The notes: generated by a model from the letters alone, not told the origin. A DNA stretch of 64,000 nt from an uncultured Bacilli bacterium (GCA_947629375.1 CANRDN010000009.1:209-64208); one strand, 5' to 3'. Shown: positions 33,770-43,116, counted from the first letter of the stretch. Translations and numbers: made by a program.

Positions 33770-35749
33770 GTGGATAAAAGTTTAAACTACAACGAAAAAT
33801 ATTTACTAATTGTTAAAAGTCAAAAAGAATTAAAAAGATACCTTTATAACTTTAAGAACTGTATTGTTTTAAAAAATGATGCTAAATCTGTAAAGAAAAC
33901 AGCAAAGTTTATCAAAGAAAATAACTTTAAAAACATAATATTTTTAGATTACGATAACATTTTTCTTCAATTAATTAATTCATTTCAAAAAAGTTATAAT
34001 ATTAAATTTATTTGTACATCTGATTTAGGAAGTTTATCAAATAAAAAAATCTATGATAACTTTATAAATATTTATAATTTGTATAAAGATAAACAGATAG
34101 ATGAAATAGGCTTTACTGATAAATCGATGTATGAAACATATAAAGATAAGATAAAATGTGCGCATATTATTCTTGATATTTTACCTACAAAAATGTTATA
34201 TGCTCACGATGATACAATAAGAATTATAAATTGTCCTGATAATTTATATCACAGTTTCTATAACGAATTGAGTGCAATAACACTTACGAAAAGAAAAGTA
34301 AAAATAAAAAAAGAAACAAAAAGTGTTTCTAACTTCTTAAAGTTATTTAATATTGAGTGGGTAAAAGATAAAGATGAGTTTGAACAAAGTCTTGTCGATT
34401 TATATATAAATTTCTCTAATAATGACGACTTAAAAATACTAGAATCAATGGATAAAGAAAATTTATGTATTGTTGGTAACACTTCATTATTTGATGGTAA
34501 TTCTTACTTAAAAGAAAAGCTTGTTATGAAAAGTGATGACAGTATCGATGAAATAAAGTTAAGAATAGAAGATGTTATTAAAAGTAAAGATAAGATAATA
34601 AGTGAATATAAAAAGTTTAGAAAAGAGTATTCCAATTCTTCTTTAAAAAGTATTTCAGCATTTACAGAGGAAAATAATTTAAAAGAAAAAGATAAATACG
34701 ATTATTTAATATCTGTAATTGTACCTGTATATAATTCAGAAAAGTATCTAGAAGAGACGATTAAATCAATTTTAAGAGCGAAAATAAATAAGATGGAAAT
34801 TATCTTTGTCAATGATGGATCAACTGATAAAAGTGAAGAAATAATCTTAAAATATGTAAAAAAGTATTCTAACTTTATGAGATACTTTAAAAAGAAGAAT
34901 GAAGGACCAGGAAGTGCAAGAAATTTAGGACTTAAAAATGCTAAAGGTAAATATATTTCTTCTGTTGATTCAGATGATAGAATAGATAAAAACTTCTATA
35001 AAAGAGCTTTAAAATATTTAAAAGATGATATCGATATGGTTATCTATGATTGGAATACATACGATAAGGAAATGCGTTATTTAACACCAGCACTCGATGG
35101 AATTTTTAAAGATAAATCAGTTTATGAAGGTATTTTATATACGACTATTATGCCTTCTCAGTGCAATAAAATAATAAAAAAGTCAATCTATGAAAATATG
35201 AAATTAACTTATGGACCTGGTAAATACGAAGACTTTGATACTAATGGAGTAGCACTTCTTGCTGTAAAAAACTTTAAATATATTAGAAAGCCTTATTATC
35301 ATTACTACATAAGAAGTGGTTCCATAATGAGAAGTAAACCTGAATATGATATGATAAACGCTATTAAACTTTTAGATGAAAGATTAAAAACTTATAAAAA
35401 CTATTTAACTATAGATTTAGATGAATACAAATACTATCTTTATTCTTGGAGAATAGAAGAATATATTATTAATGTACTTTATAAATTACAAGAAAAAGAT
35501 CGTAACGATATGATAGATTATATGATGAAGAATGTAAAAGATATTATGATGGATATATTTGAAAGTTCTTATTACAATGAAATGCTTGATAAATTAAGTG
35601 ATAAGAAAAAAGAATATTTACTTCTTAGAAATAGTAACATTAAAAATGATAAACTTAAAAGTTTCTTATCTAAAAGAATTAAAGAAAAAGACTTTATAAC
35701 CATATCTCCAAGTGAGATGTTATACGAAGAGAAAAAAACAAACCATTAA
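33770..35749 (+). CDS. two-module glycosyltransferase (N-terminal GT-B-like module + C-terminal GT2)
   Basis: GT2 features LISVIVPVYNSEKYLEETIKSIL...IFVNDGSTD...SVDSDD. The N-terminal half resembles the C-terminal module of the preceding protein. GTG start follows a TAGGAGG RBS. Confidence 0.7.
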   Translation: MDKSLNYNEKYLLIVKSQKELKRYLYNFKNCIVLKNDAKSVKKTAKFIKENNFKNIIFLDYDNIFLQLINSFQKSYNIKFICTSDLGSLSNKKIYDNFINIYNLYKDKQIDEIGFTDKSMYETYKDKIKCAHIILDILPTKMLYAHDDTIRIINCPDNLYHSFYNELSAITLTKRKVKIKKETKSVSNFLKLFNIEWVKDKDEFEQSLVDLYINFSNNDDLKILESMDKENLCIVGNTSLFDGNSYLKEKLVMKSDDSIDEIKLRIEDVIKSKDKIISEYKKFRKEYSNSSLKSISAFTEENNLKEKDKYDYLISVIVPVYNSEKYLEETIKSILRAKINKMEIIFVNDGSTDKSEEIILKYVKKYSNFMRYFKKKNEGPGSARNLGLKNAKGKYISSVDSDDRIDKNFYKRALKYLKDDIDMVIYDWNTYDKEMRYLTPALDGIFKDKSVYEGILYTTIMPSQCNKIIKKSIYENMKLTYGPGKYEDFDTNGVALLAVKNFKYIRKPYYHYYIRSGSIMRSKPEYDMINAIKLLDERLKTYKNYLTIDLDEYKYYLYSWRIEEYIINVLYKLQEKDRNDMIDYMMKNVKDIMMDIFESSYYNEMLDKLSDKKKEYLLLRNSNIKNDKLKSFLSKRIKEKDFITISPSEMLYEEKKTNH

Positions 35750-35760
35750 TGAATGATTTG

Positions 35761-35970
35761 TTAGATCATATAGTTATTTGGATAATCTTGTTCTTTATTT
35801 CCATAAGGAACAGGTACTTGGTAAGAATTGTTTTCTAAAATTGATACTTTTTTCTCAAGTCTTTTAACTTTTCTTTCTAAAGTGTCAACTCTTTCGTTGA
35901 GCATTCTTAATTCATATTGGTTATTTTGATTATATGGTGGCATAAAACCATATGGTAATTGATTATTCAT
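35761..35970 (-). CDS. small Q/N/Y/P-rich coiled-coil protein (69 aa)
   Basis: Strong RBS (AGAGGAGGA) on the minus strand. The central heptad segment LRMLNERVDTLERKVKRLEKKVSILE is flanked by P/Y/N/Q-rich ends. Confidence 0.55.
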   Translation of the reverse strand: MNNQLPYGFMPPYNQNNQYELRMLNERVDTLERKVKRLEKKVSILENNSYQVPVPYGNKEQDYPNNYMI

Positions 35971-36049
35971 ATATCCTCCTCTTTCGTTTTATTATATGCG
36001 ATTGTTTCTAAAGTGATATTCGATAATTATTTTGTAAATTACTCTATTA

Positions 36050-36058
36050 TGTTATAAT
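36050..36058 (+). promoter_or_regulatory. extended -10 promoter element TGTTATAAT
   Basis: Upstream of trmB. Confidence 0.4.
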
Positions 36059-36075
36059 ATTTACTGGTGATTTTG

Positions 36076-36723
36076 ATGAGACTTAGAAATGTCAAAAATA
36101 AAGAAGAAATACTAAAGGGATCTAAACTTTTAATAATAAATTATCAAGATTATCTTGGTAGATGGAAAGACTTATTTGGAAACGATAATCCATTATATAT
36201 TGAAATAGGAATGGGTAAGGGCGAATTTATTTTAGAAAATGCCTTAAAATATCCTAATATCAATTTTGTAGGTATAGAAAAGTTTGACAGCATTTTAGCT
36301 CGTGCTATTCAAAAAATCGAGGGAAAAGAAGAACTACCAAATAATTTAAAATTAATAAGAATGGATGCAAAAGATATCGATTTAGCATTTAGAAAAGAAG
36401 TAGATAGAATATATCTAAACTTCTCTGATCCTTGGCCTAAAAAGAGGCATAGCGAAAGAAGACTAACTAGTAAAACATTTTTAACAAGATACGATAAAAT
36501 CTTTAAAAATGATTGTGAAGTAGTTATGAAAACAGATAATGTTTCTTTATTTGAATATTCTTTAGAGTCACTATCTTCTTATGGATATTCTTTCCATAAA
36601 GTTTCACTTGATTTACACAACAGCGATGTAGAAGATAATATAATGACTGAATATGAAGAAAAGTTTACAAAAAAAGGCATTAAAATAAATTATTTATTAG
36701 CTAAAAAAGATGTCAATAAGTAA
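36076..36723 (+). CDS. trmB: tRNA (guanine-N7)-methyltransferase
   Basis: EIGMGKGEF SAM motif and FSDPWPKKRH signature. The ATG at 36076 is preferred because the -10 element lies only about 8 nt before the track GTG. Confidence 0.85.
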   Translation: MRLRNVKNKEEILKGSKLLIINYQDYLGRWKDLFGNDNPLYIEIGMGKGEFILENALKYPNINFVGIEKFDSILARAIQKIEGKEELPNNLKLIRMDAKDIDLAFRKEVDRIYLNFSDPWPKKRHSERRLTSKTFLTRYDKIFKNDCEVVMKTDNVSLFEYSLESLSSYGYSFHKVSLDLHNSDVEDNIMTEYEEKFTKKGIKINYLLAKKDVNK

Positions 36724-36789
36724 GAAAAAGTGGTAAAATTATATTGAAGTTATTATTTGTTTGATATAATAATTTAAAGTAGGTGAAAT

Positions 36790-37452
36790 ATGAAAAAGTT
36801 AATTCTTTTGTTTACCTTGCTTATATTGTTTACAGGTTGTGAAATAAAAGACCTAACAGAAGATGATATAAATGAAGTGATTAAAGATACACTTGAAAAT
36901 AAAGTACAAAATGCGAATAATTATTTTGATGGTTATAAGTATTATTTACCAAGAGGATTCACTATTGAAACCAAAAAAGGTAATAATCACATTTTAACTT
37001 CTCAAGGTGATAAATATTATTTGTATGTTGATGTAGTATCTTATTTCCATAATGAAAAGATAGAGACTACTTTTGATAAGGACCTATACTTTTCCCAAAA
37101 ATTATCTTATAATGGAATTGATGGGTATATTAAAATAAAGAAACAAGAAGATGAAAAATACTATATCGAATTTGTTTACAATTATTCTAAAATAGAGACA
37201 TATGTCGAAGAAGAAAATCTAGAATATGCTTTAAAAAATATTATTACAATTTTATCTTCTATAGACTATAACCGTGTTATTCTTGATACTTTAATTGGAG
37301 AAAAGACATTAGATTATCAAGAAGAGGTCTATGATACTTATGAGTCAAAAAGAAAAGAAGGAGACTTCTTAGATTTTATAGAAGAATATGGTACCTATGA
37401 TGAAAATAATGAAATGAAAGATGAAGACATTATAGGGTCAATTAACAGATAG
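36790..37452 (+). CDS. lipoprotein, unknown function
   Basis: Signal peptide with lipobox LFTGC. Confidence 0.65.
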   Translation: MKKLILLFTLLILFTGCEIKDLTEDDINEVIKDTLENKVQNANNYFDGYKYYLPRGFTIETKKGNNHILTSQGDKYYLYVDVVSYFHNEKIETTFDKDLYFSQKLSYNGIDGYIKIKKQEDEKYYIEFVYNYSKIETYVEEENLEYALKNIITILSSIDYNRVILDTLIGEKTLDYQEEVYDTYESKRKEGDFLDFIEEYGTYDENNEMKDEDIIGSINR

Positions 37453-37464
37453 GAAGGTGCTAAT

Positions 37465-38415
37465 ATGGGATTATTTGAAAAATTAAAAAATGTCTTCTTT
37501 GAAGAAGAACCAGTTGAAGTAGAAGAACCTGAAAGAGTAGAACCAAGAGAAAAAGTTACAGTAGCTAAAAAAATTGAAACACCGGAAGTAAAGAAAAACG
37601 ATGAAGAAAGAGATACTGAAAAAAGACATTCAGAAGATAGAGATAACTACGAGGAAGAAAAAGAACCTCAAGAAAAAGAACATCGCTTTCCAATGGCTTT
37701 CGATGATAAAGACTTTGAAGTTGAAAAAACAATCGAATTAGAACCTGTAAAAGAAGTAGAGGAAGAAAAAGTTGAAGAAGCACCTCAAACTGTAGAAAAA
37801 GAAACAGTGGAATATAGGTATGAAGAATACAGTTATAATGAACCAGAAGTAGAGACTCGTGAAGAAAAACATAATAGTTATGAAGGACTTTATGAAGGTG
37901 GAAAAAATAAAGAAGAAAAAGAAGAAAAACACGGATTTACACCTTCACCAATTATTTCTCCAATATATGGAATATTAAATAAAAATTATAAAAAAGAGGA
38001 AATACTTACTAAGAAAGAAGTAAGATTATCCCAATTTTCCAATAAAAAAGCTGATTTAGATTTAGTAAGAGAAAAAGCTTATGGTGATCTTGCTGGTGAA
38101 ATATCAGCATCTATGGAAGACGATTTACTAGATATTGCAGATACTCCAAAAGAAGAAAAAGAAAACTTGTTATATGATTTAAGTGATGAAGAATCTCCAA
38201 CTGTTAAAACAGTTACTGTAGGAGATGCTGAAGAATATTTTAACGATTTAGGGTTAGAATATAATGTAGATTACAAAGTTGAAAAAGAAAAAGAAGAAAA
38301 GAAAGAAACAGAATCTAAAGTAGTGGAAAAGAAAAAGAAATTAGATGATGAACCAAGTGATGAAGATAAAAATTTATTTGATTTAATTGATTCAATGTAT
38401 GAGGATAAGGAGTAA
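37465..38415 (+). CDS. highly acidic E/K-rich protein with N-terminal amphipathic helix (316 aa)
   Basis: N-terminus MGLFEKLKNVFFEEE, long E/K/P low-complexity stretches, a conserved-looking core FTPSPIISPIYGIL, and C-terminal LFDLIDSMYEDKE. Confidence 0.6.
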   Translation: MGLFEKLKNVFFEEEPVEVEEPERVEPREKVTVAKKIETPEVKKNDEERDTEKRHSEDRDNYEEEKEPQEKEHRFPMAFDDKDFEVEKTIELEPVKEVEEEKVEEAPQTVEKETVEYRYEEYSYNEPEVETREEKHNSYEGLYEGGKNKEEKEEKHGFTPSPIISPIYGILNKNYKKEEILTKKEVRLSQFSNKKADLDLVREKAYGDLAGEISASMEDDLLDIADTPKEEKENLLYDLSDEESPTVKTVTVGDAEEYFNDLGLEYNVDYKVEKEKEEKKETESKVVEKKKKLDDEPSDEDKNLFDLIDSMYEDKE

Positions 38416-38729
38416 TGTCTATGGAATTTTTAGGAGAATTTTTACCAATACTATTATATTTTCTTGGAGCAGTTTTATTAATTGTAATAATTGTTTTAGT
38501 TACAAAACTAGTTGTTACAGTTGAAAAAGTTAATGTTTTACTTGATGATGTAGAAAACAAATCTCAACAATTAAACAGTATGTTTGATGCAATTGAAGAT
38601 ATTGGAGATGCAATTAAAAAAGCTAATAGTGGTTTAGCAGGTTTTGTTAAAAATATTGTTAATAAACTATTTAAATTAAAAAAACAAATGAAAAAGAAAA
38701 AACATATAGAGGAGGAAGATTATGAGTAA
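38415..38729 (+). CDS. DUF948-like membrane protein
   Basis: An N-terminal TM followed by a coiled segment VEKVNVLLDDVENKSQQLNSMFDAIEDIGDAI. The alternative start at 38421 has better RBS spacing. Confidence 0.6.
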   Translation: MSMEFLGEFLPILLYFLGAVLLIVIIVLVTKLVVTVEKVNVLLDDVENKSQQLNSMFDAIEDIGDAIKKANSGLAGFVKNIVNKLFKLKKQMKKKKHIEEEDYE

Positions 38730-39144
38730 GAGTGGATTAGGTACATTTGTTGCAGGAGTTGCTGTAGGAGCAACATTAGGAGTTTTATATGCTCCAAAAA
38801 AAGGTAGTGAAACAAGAGCAGACTTAAAAGAGCTTTTCGATGAACTAGTATGGAAAATCAAAGATATTGATGTTCAAGAATTAAAAGAAGCTGCATCAAG
38901 AAAAATAGCTGAAATAAAGAAGAGTTTAGCTGAATTAGATAAAGAAAAAGTTTTAGAATTTGCTAAAGAAAAAGGAGCAATTTTAAAAGAGAAATGTGAA
39001 GATTTAATACAGTTTGCTAAAGAAAAAGGAATTCCTGCAATCGAAAAGACTGCTAAAGAATTAAAAGAAAAAGCTGCTGAAGTAACAAAAGAAGTTGTAA
39101 CAAAACTTGAAAATGCTAAAGCTGCAAAACAACCAGTAGCATAA
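38722..39144 (+). CDS. YtxH domain general-stress-type protein
   Basis: GLGTFVAGVAVGATLGVLYAPKKGSETRADLKE is the YtxH signature. Confidence 0.75.
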   Translation: MSKSGLGTFVAGVAVGATLGVLYAPKKGSETRADLKELFDELVWKIKDIDVQELKEAASRKIAEIKKSLAELDKEKVLEFAKEKGAILKEKCEDLIQFAKEKGIPAIEKTAKELKEKAAEVTKEVVTKLENAKAAKQPVA

Positions 39145-39150
39145 AAAAAT

Positions 39151-39176
39151 ACCAACCATTATCTGGTTGGTTTTAA
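39151..39176. terminator. bidirectional intrinsic terminator
   Basis: ACCAACC-attatct-GGTTGGT flanked by A-runs and T-runs, between convergent genes. Confidence 0.6.
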
Positions 39177-40613
39177 TTTTCTTATTTTTACATCTTTTTT
39201 ATCACATTTGACAAGTTCTTCTAACATCTTTTCTTTGATAGCAAGTTCAAGACAAGCGTTGGTAATTTCTCTTCTTTCAAAAGCATATTGACTTGAATCG
39301 ATGTAAGCACTTCCATAATATTGAGCTCCTAAGCCATCTCTTCTTAATGCCATTCTTAAATTGTTTGGCATTGAGACAATTCTATTATGTACTCTATTAG
39401 ATAGATATGTTAAATGAATTTTATTTAAAGGATCGACAGTTACTTGTGTTCCACTCCATCCTGATTGAGAAAGAGAGTTTCCACTTAATCCTTGATGCAG
39501 ATCAGAAAACAATCTATTAGGATTTTTAGAATTACATAGAAATCCATATGTTGGAATATAACTAACTCCTCCTGAGTAGACTACGGAATTAGTTCTATTT
39601 TTAGCCATTTCATTAGTAAGAGCAGGGTGTAGTATTCTTCCATCTACAAGACCTTTTCCAAATTTTGTCATATCTTCACAAGTTGAGAATATACCAGCGT
39701 GCCCTGGAAGTTTACCTTCTGGTTGACCTAGTTTAACAGCTTTTATATCTGAAGATATTCCTTTACGAGAAAAACATTTACAATCTAGTGTACCATCTTT
39801 TAAAACGATGTAACTATAGTTACAACTAGCAGTGTTATCTTTTTCTTCATCTGGAACTTTTACATAAGTACTTTCCATTTCACCTGGTTTCAAAATATAT
39901 TTTTCTATATATGTAGCAAAAGGAATTCCCGTAACTTCTTCGACAATGTATTTTAAAATCATTGAAGAAAAATCATTATATCTATCTCTTCCCATAAGTT
40001 CACTTGGTGTATATGCTTTAGCATTAAAAAGAATTTCTTCCGCTTCTTCAAAACTGTTGGCTGTTTCAATTCTTCTTTCTGTATAGTATGGTTGAAAAGT
40101 TAACAAATCAAAGATTGTGTGATTACCAAGATGATGAAATTGTGGCAAATATTTTGTTATATTATCACTAACAGAAAGCTCACCATTTCCTGCAAGTTGT
40201 AGTATTGCAACTGCTGTAAATAACTTCGTACAAGATGCTAAATCAAATATCGTATCGACATTCATCTCTTTTGGAGAATAGATAGGATTACCCATATTAT
40301 CTGTTGCTATTTCTTCTTGATTACCGATTACTAATCTTTCTTCATAATTATCCGTTCCAAAACCAATTACTGCTCCAGGAGCTTTCTTTCTATCATAGAA
40401 AAAGTTTCTTATTTTTCTTTCTAATCCTGATTTTTCATAAAGTATATCTCTTAATTCGTCGATACTTTTATCTTTATTTTGCTTTAATATCAAAGTAACT
40501 TCATCTAAAAGTCTTTCATATTCTTCTTTTGAAAAGACATTTCTTTGTGAATCAAGAGGGGTATTATTTTGATTTCTTAAAAAGTTGTTTATTATTTCAT
40601 CGTAGTTTTTCAT
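39159..40613 (-). CDS. serine hydrolase, beta-lactamase/PBP4*-like family
   Basis: SxxK motif SCTKLFT in a class C-like fold context. The ATG at 40613 follows an AGGAGAAAAG RBS. Confidence 0.75.
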   Translation of the reverse strand: MKNYDEIINNFLRNQNNTPLDSQRNVFSKEEYERLLDEVTLILKQNKDKSIDELRDILYEKSGLERKIRNFFYDRKKAPGAVIGFGTDNYEERLVIGNQEEIATDNMGNPIYSPKEMNVDTIFDLASCTKLFTAVAILQLAGNGELSVSDNITKYLPQFHHLGNHTIFDLLTFQPYYTERRIETANSFEEAEEILFNAKAYTPSELMGRDRYNDFSSMILKYIVEEVTGIPFATYIEKYILKPGEMESTYVKVPDEEKDNTASCNYSYIVLKDGTLDCKCFSRKGISSDIKAVKLGQPEGKLPGHAGIFSTCEDMTKFGKGLVDGRILHPALTNEMAKNRTNSVVYSGGVSYIPTYGFLCNSKNPNRLFSDLHQGLSGNSLSQSGWSGTQVTVDPLNKIHLTYLSNRVHNRIVSMPNNLRMALRRDGLGAQYYGSAYIDSSQYAFERREITNACLELAIKEKMLEELVKCDKKDVKIRKLKPTR

Positions 40614-40718
40614 CTTTTCTCCTATCTGTTTGCACATAGGTTGTATGTTATCATAAAAATAAAAAATGTGCAATTAATAATTGATTTATTTAAAAAATAT
40701 GCTAAACTAGATTTATAT

Positions 40719-40918
40719 TTAGCAATGAAGGATAATAGTAGTTATTATGAACTTTATAGAAAGAGTAGGAAGATGGAAATACTTAAGGGATTAATAATGA
40801 AGATACATATCTGGAGCTAAAACGTATTCTTGCGTTAAAAGATAGAGTGTATAACAGATGTTATAAAGTAAGATGGTACCACGGAATTTCGTTCTTACAT
40901 TTATAGCATCTTTTTTAT
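40719..40918 (+). promoter_or_regulatory. T-box riboswitch leader, Tyr specifier UAC
   Basis: Stem I base TTAGC/GCTAA with a GA (K-turn) motif. Codon TAC at 40804-40806 is followed by A and helix TATCT, which pairs with GGATA. Distal loop GAAGATGGAAA. T-box sequence AGATGGTACCACGG at 40871-40884. An imperfect terminator hairpin is followed by T6. Confidence 0.8.
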
Positions 40919-40931
40919 AGGAGGAAAATAT

Positions 40932-42158
40932 ATGAAATTATACGATGAACTTGTGTGGCGTGGACTTATTCAAGATATTTCTAGCCCAGATTTAATTGAA
41001 AAACTAAATAATGGAGGATTAACATTCTATATTGGAACTGATCCAACAGCTGATTCTATGCATATTGGACACTATTCTTCTTTCTTAATTTCTAAACGTC
41101 TTGCCAAAGCAGGACATCACCCAATCCTTTTAGTAGGGGGTGCAACTGGATTAATTGGTGATCCTAAACCTGATTCAGAAAGACCTATGATTACTAAAGA
41201 AGAAGTTCAACATAACTTTGAAGGATTAAAAAAACAAGCTGAAGATTTATTCGGCTTTGAAGTAGTAAATAACTGGGATTGGACAAAAGATATAAATGTA
41301 GTTGATTTTTTAAGAGATTATGGAAAGTATTTCAATGTTAACTATATGCTTGCTAAAGATAAAGTAAAAACAAGATTGGAGTCAGGAATAACTTTTGCTG
41401 AGTTCTCTTATATGATTTTACAAGCTCTTGATTTCTTATATCTATACGAAAATAGGGGAGTAACTCTTCAAGTAGCAGGATCTGACCAATGGGGAAATAT
41501 TACTTCTGGAATAGAACTTATAAGAAAGAAACTTGATAAAGAAGCTTATGGAATGGTTATGCCTCTTGTTACTGATTCAGCTGGTAAAAAGTTTGGAAAA
41601 ACAGAAGGCAATGCTTTATGGCTTGATAAAAATAAAACATCTAGTTACGAATTATATCAATATTTAATTAATCTTGAAGATTCAATGATTATTGATTACT
41701 TAAAGAAACTTACTTTCTTATCTAAAGAAGAGATAGAAGCATTAGAAAAAGAACAGAAAGAACATCCTGAAGGAAGAAGTGCTCATCAAGCTTTAGCAAA
41801 AGCTATAATAACAGATTTACACGGTGAAGAAGAATATAATAAGGCTTTAAAAATGAGTCAGGCACTATTTAGTGGTGATGTTAAAGATTTAACTGTAAAA
41901 GATATCGATATTTTATTTAAAGATACTGAAAAGAAAATTCTCGATAAAGATACTAATTTAGTTGATTTCTTAGTAGACCAAGGAATATGTTCTAGTAAAA
42001 GAGAAGCAAGAGAGTTTGTAACTGGTGGAACTATTTCTTTAAATGGTGATAAAGTAACAGACTTAGAAAAAACTTTAACTAAAGAAGATGCAATAGAAGG
42101 AAAATACATAATATTAAGAAGAGGTAAGAAAAAATACTTCTTAGTTGAATGTAAATAA
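40932..42158 (+). CDS. tyrS: tyrosine--tRNA ligase
   Basis: HIGH-type motif SMHIGHY, KMSKS-type motif KFGKT, and a C-terminal S4 domain. Confidence 0.95.
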   Translation: MKLYDELVWRGLIQDISSPDLIEKLNNGGLTFYIGTDPTADSMHIGHYSSFLISKRLAKAGHHPILLVGGATGLIGDPKPDSERPMITKEEVQHNFEGLKKQAEDLFGFEVVNNWDWTKDINVVDFLRDYGKYFNVNYMLAKDKVKTRLESGITFAEFSYMILQALDFLYLYENRGVTLQVAGSDQWGNITSGIELIRKKLDKEAYGMVMPLVTDSAGKKFGKTEGNALWLDKNKTSSYELYQYLINLEDSMIIDYLKKLTFLSKEEIEALEKEQKEHPEGRSAHQALAKAIITDLHGEEEYNKALKMSQALFSGDVKDLTVKDIDILFKDTEKKILDKDTNLVDFLVDQGICSSKREAREFVTGGTISLNGDKVTDLEKTLTKEDAIEGKYIILRRGKKKYFLVECK

Positions 42159-42181
42159 CAATAATTTCAGGGGGCAATATT

Positions 42182-43081
42182 TTGAAAAATAGAAGTAATA
42201 TAGATTTAGAAAATAGTGAAAATCTTTCTAGTTTGTTAAGATTATATAAACAAACTGGAGATATAGAAACAAGAAATAAAATAATAGAAATTTGTTATCC
42301 GATGGTCGATTATATCTTAAATATTGATAAATTTAAAGACTTTCAGGATGATAGAGATATACTTGCAAGTTATGGCTATGAGGGATTGTTTATGGCTGTA
42401 ACAAAAAATAAAAGTTGTGATTTAAAAACATTTAGATTTAATACCTATCATTTGATATATCGATATATTATGCACGGGATTAGTGAAATTACGGGGTTAT
42501 CTGTAAACTTCTTTTGGAAACTTCATAGTGCTAATAAAGAAAGAGAATCAATGTATGGTGAAAGTATTGAAGATAACTTATCTATCCTAAACAAAGTTCT
42601 AGATGACTTAGTTAGAGAGGGTAAACTTGCTAAAGAATTAAAAAAAGCATATTACAAAAAAATTCTTCTATCACCAAAAGAAATAGAAGATATTAGTAAC
42701 AATTTAACTGATTCAAATTTAGTCGTATCTGAAGATATGGACCAAGATATTTTTCTTAAGCAACTTCATAATTATCTTATGTATTTAATGGATAATTATT
42801 GTACTGAAGAACAAAAAAATACTTTAATGAAAAGATTTGGTTTTGATGGGGAACCTCTAACGTATATGGAGATTTCAAATAGTCGTACCAAAGCTGCTAC
42901 TCAATGCAGCATTAGAAGAGGAATATATAACTTAAGAAAAGGACTTTGGAAAGAACGATATCTTTTAAACCATAATTTAAAGGAAGAAACTTTTTGTAGT
43001 CCCGATGAACTATCTTCTTGTTTACTAAGTTATCTTAATGAGCCTGATAGAGAACTTGCCAAAAGAAAAGTAAAAAAATAA
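42182..43081 (+). CDS. divergent sigma-70 family protein (299 aa)
   Basis: Region 2-like YGYEGLFMAVTK...FRFNTYHLIYRYIMHGI, and region 4 HTH-like LTYMEISNSRTKAATQCSIRRGIYNLRKGL. TTG start lies 6 nt after AGGGGG. Confidence 0.55.
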   Translation: MKNRSNIDLENSENLSSLLRLYKQTGDIETRNKIIEICYPMVDYILNIDKFKDFQDDRDILASYGYEGLFMAVTKNKSCDLKTFRFNTYHLIYRYIMHGISEITGLSVNFFWKLHSANKERESMYGESIEDNLSILNKVLDDLVREGKLAKELKKAYYKKILLSPKEIEDISNNLTDSNLVVSEDMDQDIFLKQLHNYLMYLMDNYCTEEQKNTLMKRFGFDGEPLTYMEISNSRTKAATQCSIRRGIYNLRKGLWKERYLLNHNLKEETFCSPDELSSCLLSYLNEPDRELAKRKVKK

Positions 43082-43110
43082 AACTCGTTTATTATGACGA
43101 GTTTTTTTAG
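43081..43110 (+). terminator. intrinsic terminator of the tyrS operon
   Basis: AAACTCGT-8 nt-ACGAGTTT followed by T5. Confidence 0.7.
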
Positions 43111-43116
43111 CAAAAT

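Noticed and set aside
37465-38415. Annotating the acidic MGLF... protein as SepF
   Set aside because: Only the N-terminal amphipathic helix resembles SepF. The conserved C-terminal SepF (DUF552) domain is not recognisable.
40799-40807. Alternative reading of the tyrS T-box specifier as GAU (Asp), by positional analogy with the GAA-CUU arrangement of the leuS leader
   Set aside because: Hand folding places helix TATCT/GGATA immediately after the A that follows TAC. This makes UAC-A the codon-plus-purine at the canonical position, and it matches the downstream tyrS.
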